Source of the DNA: a virus | Length of the DNA: 64,000 nt | IMG/VR virus record: IMGVR_UViG_3300046697_000072 | Direction: 5' to 3' (one strand) | Shown: positions 16,838-25,470 of the stretch, in pieces | Numbering within the stretch: position 1 is the stretch's first letter | Layout: every line of letters starts with the position of its first letter | Notes under the pieces: generated by a model | What the model was told of the DNA's origin: nothing | What the model saw: the letters and a program-made list of their open reading frames with translations, nothing else | Database searches by the model: none | Translations under genes and position numbers: made by a program

Positions 16838-17767
16838 TTAACGTCTTGTGGGTCTTTCCGATGCCGGGGTGAGCGCTTCGTTCGACCGGGCGACATCGGC
16901 CCTTACGGCCCCATGCGGGTCATTGATCACCACCCCAGTCTGGTAGTTGTTCCCGTCGATGGCTGCTTGATCCCCGAGCGGCCCTTTCAGATCCACTCGT
17001 AGCGGCACTTCCGGGGGCATGGTCGGCTGGAGAGTCCCCTTGTCCCGGTAGCGGTACTTCCCATGAAGCTGGGCCATGATCCGGTCCATGGAGGAGTTTA
17101 GGTCGATCTCCCGCTTGAACAGGGAGAAGTCTTCCTTGGCGATCAGGAAGCCGTCCGACTGTGCCACTTGATCGTGCTTGTAGGTCAACTGCGCCCCGAT
17201 GCCCGGCAGGTTGATGACGTTCTGCATCACCCGGAACTTCAGCGCCCTGCCTTCCGGGCCGTCTGTTTCGAAGTCGATAAACCGGGGGGTGTTCTTCAGG
17301 ATCGTGTCGATGAGATCGCCTTCGGTCCATTCCTGTACAGGTGCCTGGATTTTACCGGGAGCGTTACCGGTTCTGCGCCGGACATCCACAGCGGAGATCA
17401 CCCCGCCTTGTGCAACGTTGGATTCGGTCTCCTTAAACTCCGGACTGCCGGGTAGCACGATGGGGCTCGTTTCTCGGGGTGTCGCTGGCACCACAGCGTT
17501 GCGGGCCGGTGGCGGAGCAACAATCTTGACCGGGGGCGCGGTGGCGGGTCTGTTCTCTTGGATGTCCCACGGCGCTTCCCGCTCCGGTTCCGGCTGACGC
17601 AATTCCTGTGGCAGCACGGCAACGCCGCTGTCTTCCACGTGCATGTCCCAGAAGATCTCTACCGCGTCGGCCACCCGCTCGGTGATGTCGATGGAGTCCC
17701 GGCCAGCACACGCTTTGACCGTCCGGTGAATCAATTTACAGAGTTGAAGTTTTTGTTTTTGGTCCAT
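16838..17767 (-). CDS. hypothetical protein, 309 aa
   Basis: ATG at 17767 overlaps the upstream stop (TAATG). Confidence 0.55.
   Translation of the reverse strand: MDQKQKLQLCKLIHRTVKACAGRDSIDITERVADAVEIFWDMHVEDSGVAVLPQELRQPEPEREAPWDIQENRPATAPPVKIVAPPPARNAVVPATPRETSPIVLPGSPEFKETESNVAQGGVISAVDVRRRTGNAPGKIQAPVQEWTEGDLIDTILKNTPRFIDFETDGPEGRALKFRVMQNVINLPGIGAQLTYKHDQVAQSDGFLIAKEDFSLFKREIDLNSSMDRIMAQLHGKYRYRDKGTLQPTMPPEVPLRVDLKGPLGDQAAIDGNNYQTGVVINDPHGAVRADVARSNEALTPASERPTRR
17410..17423. repeat. palindrome copy GTGCAACGTTGGAT
   Basis: Inside CDS 16838-17767. Confidence 0.95.
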
Positions 17768-18378
17768 TACACACCATCCCGCATCCCTGGTCCCGATTGA
17801 ACTGCCGCCGCATTGCGGGCACGCTCCATGGCATCTTCCCACGAGACCCCATACACCTTCCTGAACCGTTCGGCTGTTTCACGAATCTGCTGTTCGCCCT
17901 CGTCCATGGCCGAATACCCGGACCCATCCTGCCCGTAGATGGTAGCCAGGAATGCCTTCTGGACTTTGATGGACTGCTCCAGCTTAGAGGCTATCGAGGC
18001 AAGCCCAGAGATCTCGGAGTCATGCTGCTTCGCCAGTTGCACCCGCAGTTCATCGATATTGGTGTGGATCTCCCTCTCAGTGGGATTCTCAATCCGGCTC
18101 ATCCTGTCTAATTCGGCTACGGAATCCCGGATCTCTTGAAGGACTCCCAGAGTGATCTCTACGTTCTCATCAACCGGGGGCGAAGCCTTCATCCAGAGCG
18201 TCTGCTCTTTTACGGCCCCGATCAGTTCGGACAGGCGTGCCAGAATCAACCCCTGCGTGTCCGGGTGGTGAACAAACAGATGGTGCTGAATCCAAGGCCA
18301 CGACCGGCCCAGCAAAAACAGGAGCCCGATTGCGGCTAGACTTACAAAAACGAGGCTTGTCGGTATAGACTGTGGCAT
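17767..18378 (-). CDS. N-terminally membrane-anchored protein, 203 aa
   Basis: MPQSIPTSLVFVSLAAIGLLFLLG hydrophobic anchor. Confidence 0.6.
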   Translation of the reverse strand: MPQSIPTSLVFVSLAAIGLLFLLGRSWPWIQHHLFVHHPDTQGLILARLSELIGAVKEQTLWMKASPPVDENVEITLGVLQEIRDSVAELDRMSRIENPTEREIHTNIDELRVQLAKQHDSEISGLASIASKLEQSIKVQKAFLATIYGQDGSGYSAMDEGEQQIRETAERFRKVYGVSWEDAMERARNAAAVQSGPGMRDGV

Positions 18379-18394
18379 AGGTTACCTTGTAGAC

Positions 18395-18775
18395 TTAGGT
18401 TGTCGGTGGTTGTCGGTGTTTCTGTTTCGGCTTCCGAGGCGCGAGATTGGCTTCCCGCGCCTCGTTTTTTGGTACGAACACTCCCCGGTCCAACAGGAAC
18501 TCGCAGCCCTTTGAGATGTACTGTGAAATCCTTTGGCGCGATAGATCCTCCCCCACGAACCCTGGCCTGTCCCCGTTGGCCTGATTCACCCGGTCCTGGA
18601 TTTCCTTCCAGGTGTATCCGAAGAAGATGAACAGCCGGGCGCACTGGATCGCCACCGCCATCCGTTTCTGCCGCCACTCGCTCCACTCCGGGGGTGGGTC
18701 GGGCAAGGTCTTGGCGGTCTCGGTGGCGATCCACCGGCCTTCGATGATGGCTTTGCGGAGTTGGCGGGGGCTCAT
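18395..18775 (-). CDS. possible HTH DNA-binding protein
   Basis: Internal ATG at 18775 lies 2 nt after the upstream stop. DLSRQRISQYISKG looks like a helix-turn-helix. Confidence 0.4.
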   Translation of the reverse strand: MSPRQLRKAIIEGRWIATETAKTLPDPPPEWSEWRQKRMAVAIQCARLFIFFGYTWKEIQDRVNQANGDRPGFVGEDLSRQRISQYISKGCEFLLDRGVFVPKNEAREANLAPRKPKQKHRQPPTT

Positions 18776-18777
18776 GA

Positions 18778-19068
18778 TCACAATCCGCGCGTGATTCCAG
18801 GCTGCTTCATGCACTCGGGGTAGTCTTCGGAAAACCCGACGAAGGCGCTGAGGCGGTTCTCAATGCCTGCCAAGTGGAAGTCCGTGCAGCCGTCGGCCTC
18901 ACAAAGTTCCTTGTAGCGTCGGAGCATCGGAATCGCGTTCCGGTCCCGCGCCCTGAATAGAATCACCGGCTCGTCGGAGGGTATCGGCTCCCCAGTGGCA
19001 GCCTTCACAATCATCGGCTCGCCATCCGGCCCGACGATCATCCCGTACTTCGGATCAATCAGTTTCAT
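18778..19068 (-). CDS. hypothetical protein, 96 aa
   Basis: Compact ORF. Confidence 0.55.
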   Translation of the reverse strand: MKLIDPKYGMIVGPDGEPMIVKAATGEPIPSDEPVILFRARDRNAIPMLRRYKELCEADGCTDFHLAGIENRLSAFVGFSEDYPECMKQPGITRGL

Positions 19069-19070
19069 GG

Positions 19071-19979
19071 TTACTCCTCTTCGACCTTCACCTTGCCGGT
19101 CTCGAACTTGAGCACGATCCCGTCGAACGCGATGGACTTGATGATCGTCTCGATCTGGGCCTGTTGCCGTCCAGATTTACCAACGACCTTGAGGGTGATC
19201 TTGCTCCCCTCCTTCGGTACGAATTTGTAAGCCCCTAGTTTGTTCTCGAACAGGGCAATCACTTCGTCCTCGGACACCTGATCCAAGTCCACCTGACTCT
19301 GGATTTGTTTGAGGATCTTGGCCTTGGTCGGCGGGACATCCCCCGCTTTCCGACTCTCGCCAGCCGCCGACTTCGGGGCCGGTGATTCAGTCGCCTGTTT
19401 GACGGTGGTGCGCGACGTTCGCTTCTTGGAAGTCTCCTGCTTGGACTCCCCGCGCCGGACCTGCCCTACCAGTGTGGGTGAGCAGCCAATCATGCCGGAG
19501 ATCTGCTTGTCAGTGAGCGCGGAGACTTCGGCGTCCAGTACGGCTTTCTCGCAGGCCGACCGCTTCTCAGCGCTGGTCAGTTGCGCTCCGTGGTGGCCAT
19601 TCGCTTTGAGGGCGAACTTCAGTGCGTCCGAGTGAGTCCCTACGTGGAGTCGGCAAGGAATCTTCTCGGTGCCCACCCCCTCATAGGCCATAGTACGATT
19701 AAACCCATCAGCGATCAGGAATTTGGTCTTGTCGGAAATGGGCTCCTCGTAGAAGATATCCAGAGCGTCCATAAATTCTTGCTCACGGATAATCTGCTGG
19801 TACTGCTGGACTTTCTTGGGGTTGATTCCTCCCCGGATCTGGAGGCTTAGGTCCGCAGTCAAAGACTTGATCGGGACCATCTGAACAACTGTCTTGGGTT
19901 TCTTCGGTGTTGGTGCTGTTGGTGCTTCTGCTTCGGGTGTCATTGTCGGTGCTCCTGTGTCCTGTACAACGTTGGACAT
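19071..19979 (-). CDS. ParB-like N-terminal (nuclease/CTPase fold) domain protein with HTH
   Basis: VPIKSL...LIADGFNRTMAY ParB-box-like motif and ISGMIGCSPTLVGQVRR HTH. Its start codon sits inside a palindrome copy. Confidence 0.7.
   Translation of the reverse strand: MSNVVQDTGAPTMTPEAEAPTAPTPKKPKTVVQMVPIKSLTADLSLQIRGGINPKKVQQYQQIIREQEFMDALDIFYEEPISDKTKFLIADGFNRTMAYEGVGTEKIPCRLHVGTHSDALKFALKANGHHGAQLTSAEKRSACEKAVLDAEVSALTDKQISGMIGCSPTLVGQVRRGESKQETSKKRTSRTTVKQATESPAPKSAAGESRKAGDVPPTKAKILKQIQSQVDLDQVSEDEVIALFENKLGAYKFVPKEGSKITLKVVGKSGRQQAQIETIIKSIAFDGIVLKFETGKVKVEEE
19964..19977. repeat. palindrome copy GTACAACGTTGGAC
   Basis: Overlaps the ParB-like start codon (MSNV..). Confidence 0.95.
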
Positions 19980-19987
19980 CTGAAACG

Positions 19988-20016
19988 ATTGTATGTCAAG
20001 ACTTTTCCGGTGTCAA
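19988..20016 (-). promoter_or_regulatory. promoter AAAAAACTCTTGACA-17-TACAAT; near-leaderless parB-like mRNA
   Basis: Minus strand: -35 at 20016-20011 and -10 at 19993-19988. The ATG at 19979 lies 9 nt past the -10. Confidence 0.55.
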
Positions 20017-20172
20017 GAGTTTTTTGCGGAGGTCGGGAGGGTGGGCAGCCAATTGGTTGAGGAGTGGACTGGTGCCCACCCATCCCGGACACAGGAGACG
20101 CGCAAACGCGGAGGACGCTTGCTCGTGACTACAGCATAGACGTAGATAGCAGAAATGTCAAGATCTTCTTTT

Positions 20173-20598
20173 CTATGCGTTGATCGAGGATGGTGGCTCT
20201 GATGGCGGGTAGTACGCCACTTGATGGCCGAGAGAGTTGTAGCACCACTGCGCCGGGTCCTTGCGAACGTCCATGTGGAGGTACCCTTGGTAGTCTGCGC
20301 GTCCAATCCCATGGATGGCTGGGACTTGGCGGGAAGCAGATTCGAGCTGGGCTGCCGTCATGCCGGCAACTCGTATGTCCGCAGCCTGCCCGAGAAGGTG
20401 CTGGGAGAACTGGGCTCCCCCGACAGCGCGGTTGTGTGCCGAGCAGCGGTAGGCATCGTCTACGGTCACCGGCTGTCCCACGGCGGCGCGGAACGCTTCG
20501 AGCGCATCGACAAGCGCTTGAGTGCAATCGTTCACACCACACCCGCAATGACACTGGAGTTCTGCGTCGGAGAAGTGTCCGGAGGTATCTCCCATCAC
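20173..20598 (-). CDS. peptidase M15A-type cell-wall hydrolase (endolysin candidate)
   Basis: HFSDAELQCHCGCG...AYRCSAHNRAVGG...SQHLLGQAADI motif pattern. Confidence 0.75.
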   Translation of the reverse strand: MMGDTSGHFSDAELQCHCGCGVNDCTQALVDALEAFRAAVGQPVTVDDAYRCSAHNRAVGGAQFSQHLLGQAADIRVAGMTAAQLESASRQVPAIHGIGRADYQGYLHMDVRKDPAQWCYNSLGHQVAYYPPSEPPSSINA

Positions 20599-20939
20599 TT
20601 CTGTCCCTCCTGTGGATTCGCGCTCATCTGCGTCTGCTCGATTGTGGTTGTGACAGTAGCAGCAGGTCGTGTGGTCTGCTGGACTGTCTCGGTCGTTGTC
20701 ACCGTCTTAATAGGCGGCAGCGGTTTCTGGGCAAGGTAGAGGCTGGCATCCTTCATAAAGGTGAGAAGGAAGATAACGCCCATCAACTTGAAGGATGAAG
20801 TCGAACCGAAGGCAAAATGTTTAGGATCCACGATCACCGCTCCCAGAGCGCCGGAGACGGAGTTAGCCCCGCCGCCGATGCTACCGTAGAATAGACCGTA
20901 GAGCCAATTTCCCCAATCGAGGTCTCGAAAGAACTGCAT
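20595..20939 (-). CDS. membrane protein (holin candidate)
   Basis: Three hydrophobic segments. Overlaps the endolysin start. Confidence 0.45.
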   Translation of the reverse strand: MQFFRDLDWGNWLYGLFYGSIGGGANSVSGALGAVIVDPKHFAFGSTSSFKLMGVIFLLTFMKDASLYLAQKPLPPIKTVTTTETVQQTTRPAATVTTTIEQTQMSANPQEGQK

Positions 20940-20952
20940 GGCGAATTCTCCT

Positions 20953-21717
20953 TTACGACACCCCGTTCACTACCCAAAGGTCGCTGGCCAAGTTCGAATT
21001 GGTGACGTAGGCATAGGGCAGCGCGAAGTAGCCCGCCCTGCCCCACGTGGTGCCCCATGAATTGCACCCGATGAAGTGGCCGGCTGGGATGTCGGGGTAG
21101 CCGTGGTCGGTGAACCCGACCAACCGGACACAGTGCCCGCCCAGCATCTGCTCACTCTTCGCCGGCATCGGCACGATCCCTGTTTTCGCCACGGAGTCGC
21201 TTTCGAAGCTCTCGTAAACTGAGATCCCAAACACGATGCCGCGGGCCGTGGCCAGTGCAGACTTGATTGTGTTGAGCACCTGGGGCACGCTCTGGTAGAT
21301 GAGCGCCCGGAACTTCAGCGCGTCGGTGTAGCACTGCTTCGGCGGCTTGACGGCGAACTTGCTGATCTTGTACGGCCACTCGCTTTCGGGGCAGACGCCG
21401 AGCGAGGCAACTGCCTTGATCCCATCGCGGATTGATGCACCCGCATCTTCGTTGATGGTTCCTTCGATGGCCCGCGCCGCGTAGTACGTGAACAGGCGGG
21501 AGCGCACTTGAAGCGCCTCCCCTTGCATAAGGCTCTGTGCCTCCAGTTCTCCGTTCACGCCATTGGCAACGCAGCTTCCCAACTGCCCCTGATCGAAGAC
21601 CGGCGGTTGCTCGGGTCGCAGGTCCAGATCTGCTGGTACTGGCACGGACGCCACGACCCGATACATCAAATCTCGCTGGTCCGGTGTGTCCGGACGCCAA
21701 CCGTAGAAGTGTTTCAT
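20953..21717 (-). CDS. papain-like (C1 family) cysteine peptidase
   Basis: QGQLGSCVANG catalytic-Cys motif and GGHCVRLVGF His motif. Confidence 0.75.
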   Translation of the reverse strand: MKHFYGWRPDTPDQRDLMYRVVASVPVPADLDLRPEQPPVFDQGQLGSCVANGVNGELEAQSLMQGEALQVRSRLFTYYAARAIEGTINEDAGASIRDGIKAVASLGVCPESEWPYKISKFAVKPPKQCYTDALKFRALIYQSVPQVLNTIKSALATARGIVFGISVYESFESDSVAKTGIVPMPAKSEQMLGGHCVRLVGFTDHGYPDIPAGHFIGCNSWGTTWGRAGYFALPYAYVTNSNLASDLWVVNGVS

Positions 21718-22253
21718 TTCGCCTCCAGCATTTGCAGTCGCACTTGAGAATCGGCCAGCAACCCAAGGGCCTTGGCCCGTAGTGCGATAATCCGCTGCCG
21801 GTCATGCGCTCCGAACCGAACGTCGTTCCCAGGGCCAGAGTGGAGCGACCCGCCCACCTTAGCGGTGCTGCCGTAGGTGCCCAGGATATCCCGCACGTCG
21901 CTGGCAAGCGCCTGAACCACCGAGGCGATAGCAACCGGCATTCCGGTGAGATCCGGCTCAGATGCCACCACGCCCGACAGGTCCGCAGTGATCTTGGCGG
22001 CAACGGTAGCCGCAGGTCCTCCGGTAAGCAGATCGTCCGATACAGCAGACAAGCCTTTGAGCGCCGTCTGAATCCATGACACTATTTCGGCCACGGTAGC
22101 AGGGGGCAAGCCCACGGCAGAGGCCACGATGGGCAAGGCGATGGATGCGGCGGTCAGCGCCACATCGATGGAGTTGATGATCTGGCTCTGAGTGCAGGCC
22201 ACTAGGACCAGGCACAGTAGAACCGCTACAACGGAAATCAAAGCTCGCTTCAT
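21714..22253 (-). CDS. lipoprotein
   Basis: MKRALISVVAVLLCLVLVAC lipobox after SD AAGGAG. Confidence 0.65.
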   Translation of the reverse strand: MKRALISVVAVLLCLVLVACTQSQIINSIDVALTAASIALPIVASAVGLPPATVAEIVSWIQTALKGLSAVSDDLLTGGPAATVAAKITADLSGVVASEPDLTGMPVAIASVVQALASDVRDILGTYGSTAKVGGSLHSGPGNDVRFGAHDRQRIIALRAKALGLLADSQVRLQMLEAK

Positions 22254-22268
22254 TTTTAGATTCTCCTT

Positions 22269-22292
22269 GCCCATTCCCGCTGGGCGCGCGGC
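22269..22292 (-). repeat. GC-rich leader element GCCGCGCGCCCAGCGGGAATGGGC (copy A)
   Basis: Directly 5' of the SD of the lipoprotein gene. Confidence 0.8.
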
Positions 22293-22298
22293 CACCAA

Positions 22299-22736
22299 TC
22301 ATCGCAAAAAGTAGTGGAATCCTACTCCGAACTCTCCGGTAGCAGTTCCGAACGTATACTTCACCCTGGCGAACGGCTCAACCGCGAACCTACTCCGCAA
22401 ATCTGGAATAAAGAATTGAGGAGACACGCCGAATCCAATCGCAAAACTCGTCGCCCTGTTCTGAAAGGCCACGCCCGGTTCAACAAACAGCCGGACGTAG
22501 CAGTTACTCGTTTCGGCGACAGCTATCTGAAGGCCCGTGCGTATTCCCTTCTGGCCGTTCTTGTCCGCATCAGCGAGCAGGTACGCCCCGACTGCCGGAT
22601 CACCCAGATAATAGGTGAATTTGGTAAAACCACCATACCCGACTCCGTTCCCGGCGATGCCTTGGAATCCTCCACCGACTGTCCATTGAGCAGCGGCTAT
22701 GCCAGAATAAAGCAGAAACAGTGAAATAAGCCTCAT
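22299..22736 (-). CDS. small outer-membrane beta-barrel-like protein with signal peptide
   Basis: MRLISLFLLYSGIAAAQ leader. Alternating aromatic/Gly strands and a C-terminal ..FHYFLR. Confidence 0.55.
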   Translation of the reverse strand: MRLISLFLLYSGIAAAQWTVGGGFQGIAGNGVGYGGFTKFTYYLGDPAVGAYLLADADKNGQKGIRTGLQIAVAETSNCYVRLFVEPGVAFQNRATSFAIGFGVSPQFFIPDLRSRFAVEPFARVKYTFGTATGEFGVGFHYFLR

Positions 22737-22747
22737 TTTTCTCCTTC

Positions 22748-22771
22748 GCCCATTCCCGCCGGGCGCGCGGC
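22748..22771 (-). repeat. GC-rich leader element GCCGCGCGCCCGGCGGGAATGGGC (copy B)
   Basis: Directly 5' of the SD of the beta-barrel gene. Confidence 0.8.
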
Positions 22772-23007
22772 TATACCAAGTGTTCCTGAATGCCGTTCTG
22801 GATCGCGCTCACAGGTATGTAGAACGGTTTCGACAGAATGGCCACGGTCAGGGTCGGATCGGCGTATGTGGCCTCTGCCTTGATCCCATGCCCCTCAATC
22901 CCAAAGTCGGTTGCAGTGTGCTGCGTGATCTGCGTGCCGCTTGCTTTGAGTTGTCCGAGTAAGTTCTCGATCTGCTGCGGAGTTGCCGTAAAGGTGAGAT
23001 TCGTCAT
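22771..23007 (-). CDS. hypothetical protein, 78 aa
   Basis: Compact ORF. Confidence 0.5.
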   Translation of the reverse strand: MTNLTFTATPQQIENLLGQLKASGTQITQHTATDFGIEGHGIKAEATYADPTLTVAILSKPFYIPVSAIQNGIQEHLV

Positions 23008-23219
23008 AGACCAGCTTTCTCCATTCGTCGATTGAACAGGAACCGAGCTTCTTCAAGCGGCAAGCCCACGCGATCCGCATACCGCTGCAACGCGGGTAGA
23101 GCATCGGCGGCACACTTGCCGGTGGCGTCTCGGATCAGTTCGGCTTCTGGGCCAACGGTGACGTAGAATCGAGCCTCTTGCGAATTGCACGGCATCAGCG
23201 GGTTGATTTCCAGCTTCAC
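23004..23219 (-). CDS. hypothetical protein, 71 aa
   Basis: 4-nt overlap coupling. Confidence 0.5.
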   Translation of the reverse strand: MKLEINPLMPCNSQEARFYVTVGPEAELIRDATGKCAADALPALQRYADRVGLPLEEARFLFNRRMEKAGL

Positions 23220-23401
23220 GGGCGACCCCGTTCCTGCTGCGATGCCAGAAGCTCACGGGCATCCTCCAACGTGTCTAGGCCGATTTCGCCTTTGTCGGTT
23301 ATGAGCCGCCACCGCTTACCGTCCGCATCCGGAACGATACCTTGGATGACGGCCCCGACGTAAACTTGCCGGAATTCGGCCAGCAGTTCGTTAGCGTCCA
23401 T
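23216..23401 (-). CDS. hypothetical protein, 61 aa
   Basis: Internal ATG; the upstream part of the ORF is Arg/Trp junk. Confidence 0.4.
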   Translation of the reverse strand: MDANELLAEFRQVYVGAVIQGIVPDADGKRWRLITDKGEIGLDTLEDARELLASQQERGRP

Positions 23402-23615
23402 GCCATTCCTGCCTTTCGGTTGCGGCCAGCGCCTTCGGGTCCATTCCCGCCAGTTCCGCCAGCGCATCGGAGTTCTTGATTTCGATCTCCATTTGAACCC
23501 GCTCCGACACTTGTCCCGTTGGCTCATCGGGAACGACCGGAGACGGATCGCCTATCTCGCTCATCGTCAAAGGCCGGTGCAGGTTTGGAAGCGGCGTTGG
23601 TCCATGTACATCCAT
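23391..23615 (-). CDS. hypothetical protein (start uncertain)
   Basis: ORF with no clear SD. Confidence 0.35.
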   Translation of the reverse strand: MDVHGPTPLPNLHRPLTMSEIGDPSPVVPDEPTGQVSERVQMEIEIKNSDALAELAGMDPKALAATERQEWHGR

Positions 23616-23748
23616 CAGCTAAACGCTATCACGGATCGCTTGTGTTTGTAAAGATCCACCGTAGATAACCGCCGGGCGGAACAGCCTCGGGCTACCGTGC
23701 CAATCGTCGCGCGTCAGCATCGAAGTTTCCATCCGATCCACCCGCACA

Positions 23749-23934
23749 TCAGGCATCGCGTTCGATATCGTCCTTCAGAGCCGCAATCTTGCTCTCAATA
23801 TCGGCCTGCAAGTCCTCCAGGGCGTCGAGCGTCTCGGAAGCGTGAACGCTGGTATCCGAGAACAGTGCATCAAGCGCGTCAGTCGCTGCCTTCAGTTTTC
23901 GTTTCATCTCAGTTTCCATCCAAGATACCCGCAC
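23749..23934 (-). CDS. hypothetical coiled-coil protein
   Basis: Its 5' region duplicates a 29-nt leader also present at 23724-23752. Confidence 0.4.
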   Translation of the reverse strand: MRVSWMETEMKRKLKAATDALDALFSDTSVHASETLDALEDLQADIESKIAALKDDIERDA

Positions 23935-24042
23935 ATCAGGCCCCGGGCGAAGACTAGAACCATCGTCCCCTCCCTCTGAGCATGACGCAATATATAGCTA
24001 TACCAATTCCCCCGGCGAAGACCACCAGCATGGCATCCACTA

Positions 24043-24282
24043 TCATGCCTTTTTCGTCCTGTCCCATTCCATGTAGCACCTCCGGAAACCTTCCCGCTCT
24101 TCCTCTGTGAATCGGGCTTGCTGGCTGAAGTTGAAGCATATATTCGACATCCCGCAACCGCTCGCCAGAATCAGATTCAGACGCCTGCGAAACTCGTTAT
24201 TCGCGTCCTCCAGTTGCCGGATTCGCATGTTTGAGGTTGCCTTCAATAGCCTTAACTTCGTCGCGTCAGATTGCTTTCTCAT
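24043..24282 (-). CDS. hypothetical protein, 79 aa
   Basis: ATG follows SD GAGGAG. Confidence 0.5.
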   Translation of the reverse strand: MRKQSDATKLRLLKATSNMRIRQLEDANNEFRRRLNLILASGCGMSNICFNFSQQARFTEEEREGFRRCYMEWDRTKKA

Positions 24283-24316
24283 GTCATTCTCCTCTTTGAC
24301 CACCAGCATGGCAGCG

Positions 24317-24505
24317 TTATTCGTTCTCTTTTACGCTCAGAATGCGTTGGTCAATAATCTCGTCCATCTGATCGGTTTCTTCGAGGATATTGGTTGGAAT
24401 GCCGTCCTCGATTTGCTTCCGCGCGGCGACGGAGTTCTTAGCTCGCACGATGTAGTCCACTCGGTAGAGCCGTTCTTCTTTCGTAGTCACGATAAACTCT
24501 TTCAC
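24317..24505 (-). CDS. hypothetical protein, 62 aa
   Basis: Clean ORF. Confidence 0.5.
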   Translation of the reverse strand: MKEFIVTTKEERLYRVDYIVRAKNSVAARKQIEDGIPTNILEETDQMDEIIDQRILSVKENE

Positions 24506-24562
24506 TTGTTACCTCCCTTGCCCTTACCTAGCTGGAAAAGACCACCAGAATGGCAGCGGGGA

Positions 24563-24850
24563 TCATCGCAGCGCAGCCTCCAGGAATCGCCAACTCTTCC
24601 GCCGGCAAAGTAGCGCTTTTGATCTCCCTGGGGATGCGAGGATGATTCCTTCTTTCGTCCCCACGAAGTAGCTCCGACAATCCGCGCTCCACGCCTCCGA
24701 CGCTAATGGATTGCATGGTTCGACCTCTACCGGAACAACGTCGCCATCCACCAGGGGATCATCGGACCATCCGGTATCATTGAACACCACGAAACTGCCG
24801 TGCGGTCCGAGTTCATAGCAAATCCAGCACTGTTCTGGATCGCGCGGCAT
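24563..24850 (-). CDS. hypothetical protein
   Basis: ORF; start chosen at MPRDPEQ. Confidence 0.4.
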   Translation of the reverse strand: MPRDPEQCWICYELGPHGSFVVFNDTGWSDDPLVDGDVVPVEVEPCNPLASEAWSADCRSYFVGTKEGIILASPGRSKALLCRRKSWRFLEAALR

Positions 24851-24864
24851 GGCAGCGGCGGCCA

Positions 24865-25101
24865 TCACTTCACCCCTGAACGGTTCTGGCGAATCGCGTC
24901 TAAGTCATTCCGTAGATGCCTCATGGAAGTGTCCGACATCACCGCTAGCTCAACGGAGGACTCCTCGCGGCCTGCAATGCAGTATTGCCGGTACGCTACG
25001 CGATTACTCCATGCCGTGTGCGCGGCCTCGTACCCGGCCAGGTACGCTCGGTCGAACTCCGCATCCTTCAGGGCCGCACATTCAAGATCGTCGCGCTTCA
25101 T
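24865..25101 (-). CDS. hypothetical protein, 78 aa
   Basis: 4-nt overlap with the downstream gene. Confidence 0.5.
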   Translation of the reverse strand: MKRDDLECAALKDAEFDRAYLAGYEAAHTAWSNRVAYRQYCIAGREESSVELAVMSDTSMRHLRNDLDAIRQNRSGVK

Positions 25102-25287
25102 GTCCTCTTCCTCACTCCCTAACGCCCTGAGACTCGGGCATCTCCCTCACGCGCAATCCTCTTCGCCTCCGTTTCGCCGCCCGCCAGATGGCGCAACACC
25201 TCAACCTGCATCGCTTCGGAGGCATCGCGTATCCGCCTTGCAAAACGGCCCGGCACCGTTGCATCCATGTCCTGCGAAAGTGGCCGT

Positions 25288-25470
25288 TCACTTCCCCCGT
25301 CCTTTCCCTGGCGCTCCGTAGACAACCGACACGACCTCCGTGCTTTCGATGGGCCTGCACAGCGCAATCTCTGCACGTAGCTGCAAGACCTCGGCGTACA
25401 GATCATCAACCTCTGAGCCACTCATCGGGATCTCTGCGCTGCCATCGGGAGGCTGGACAAACACAATCAT
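25288..25470 (-). CDS. hypothetical protein, 60 aa
   Basis: ATGA coupling to the upstream gene. Confidence 0.45.
   Translation of the reverse strand: MIVFVQPPDGSAEIPMSGSEVDDLYAEVLQLRAEIALCRPIESTEVVSVVYGAPGKGRGK

Noticed and set aside
21152-22003. 283-aa minus-strand ORF, plus the similar ORFs 21958-22302 and 20129-20554.
   Set aside because: Alternative-frame shadows of the C1 peptidase, lipoprotein and M15 genes, with Arg/Pro-rich composition.
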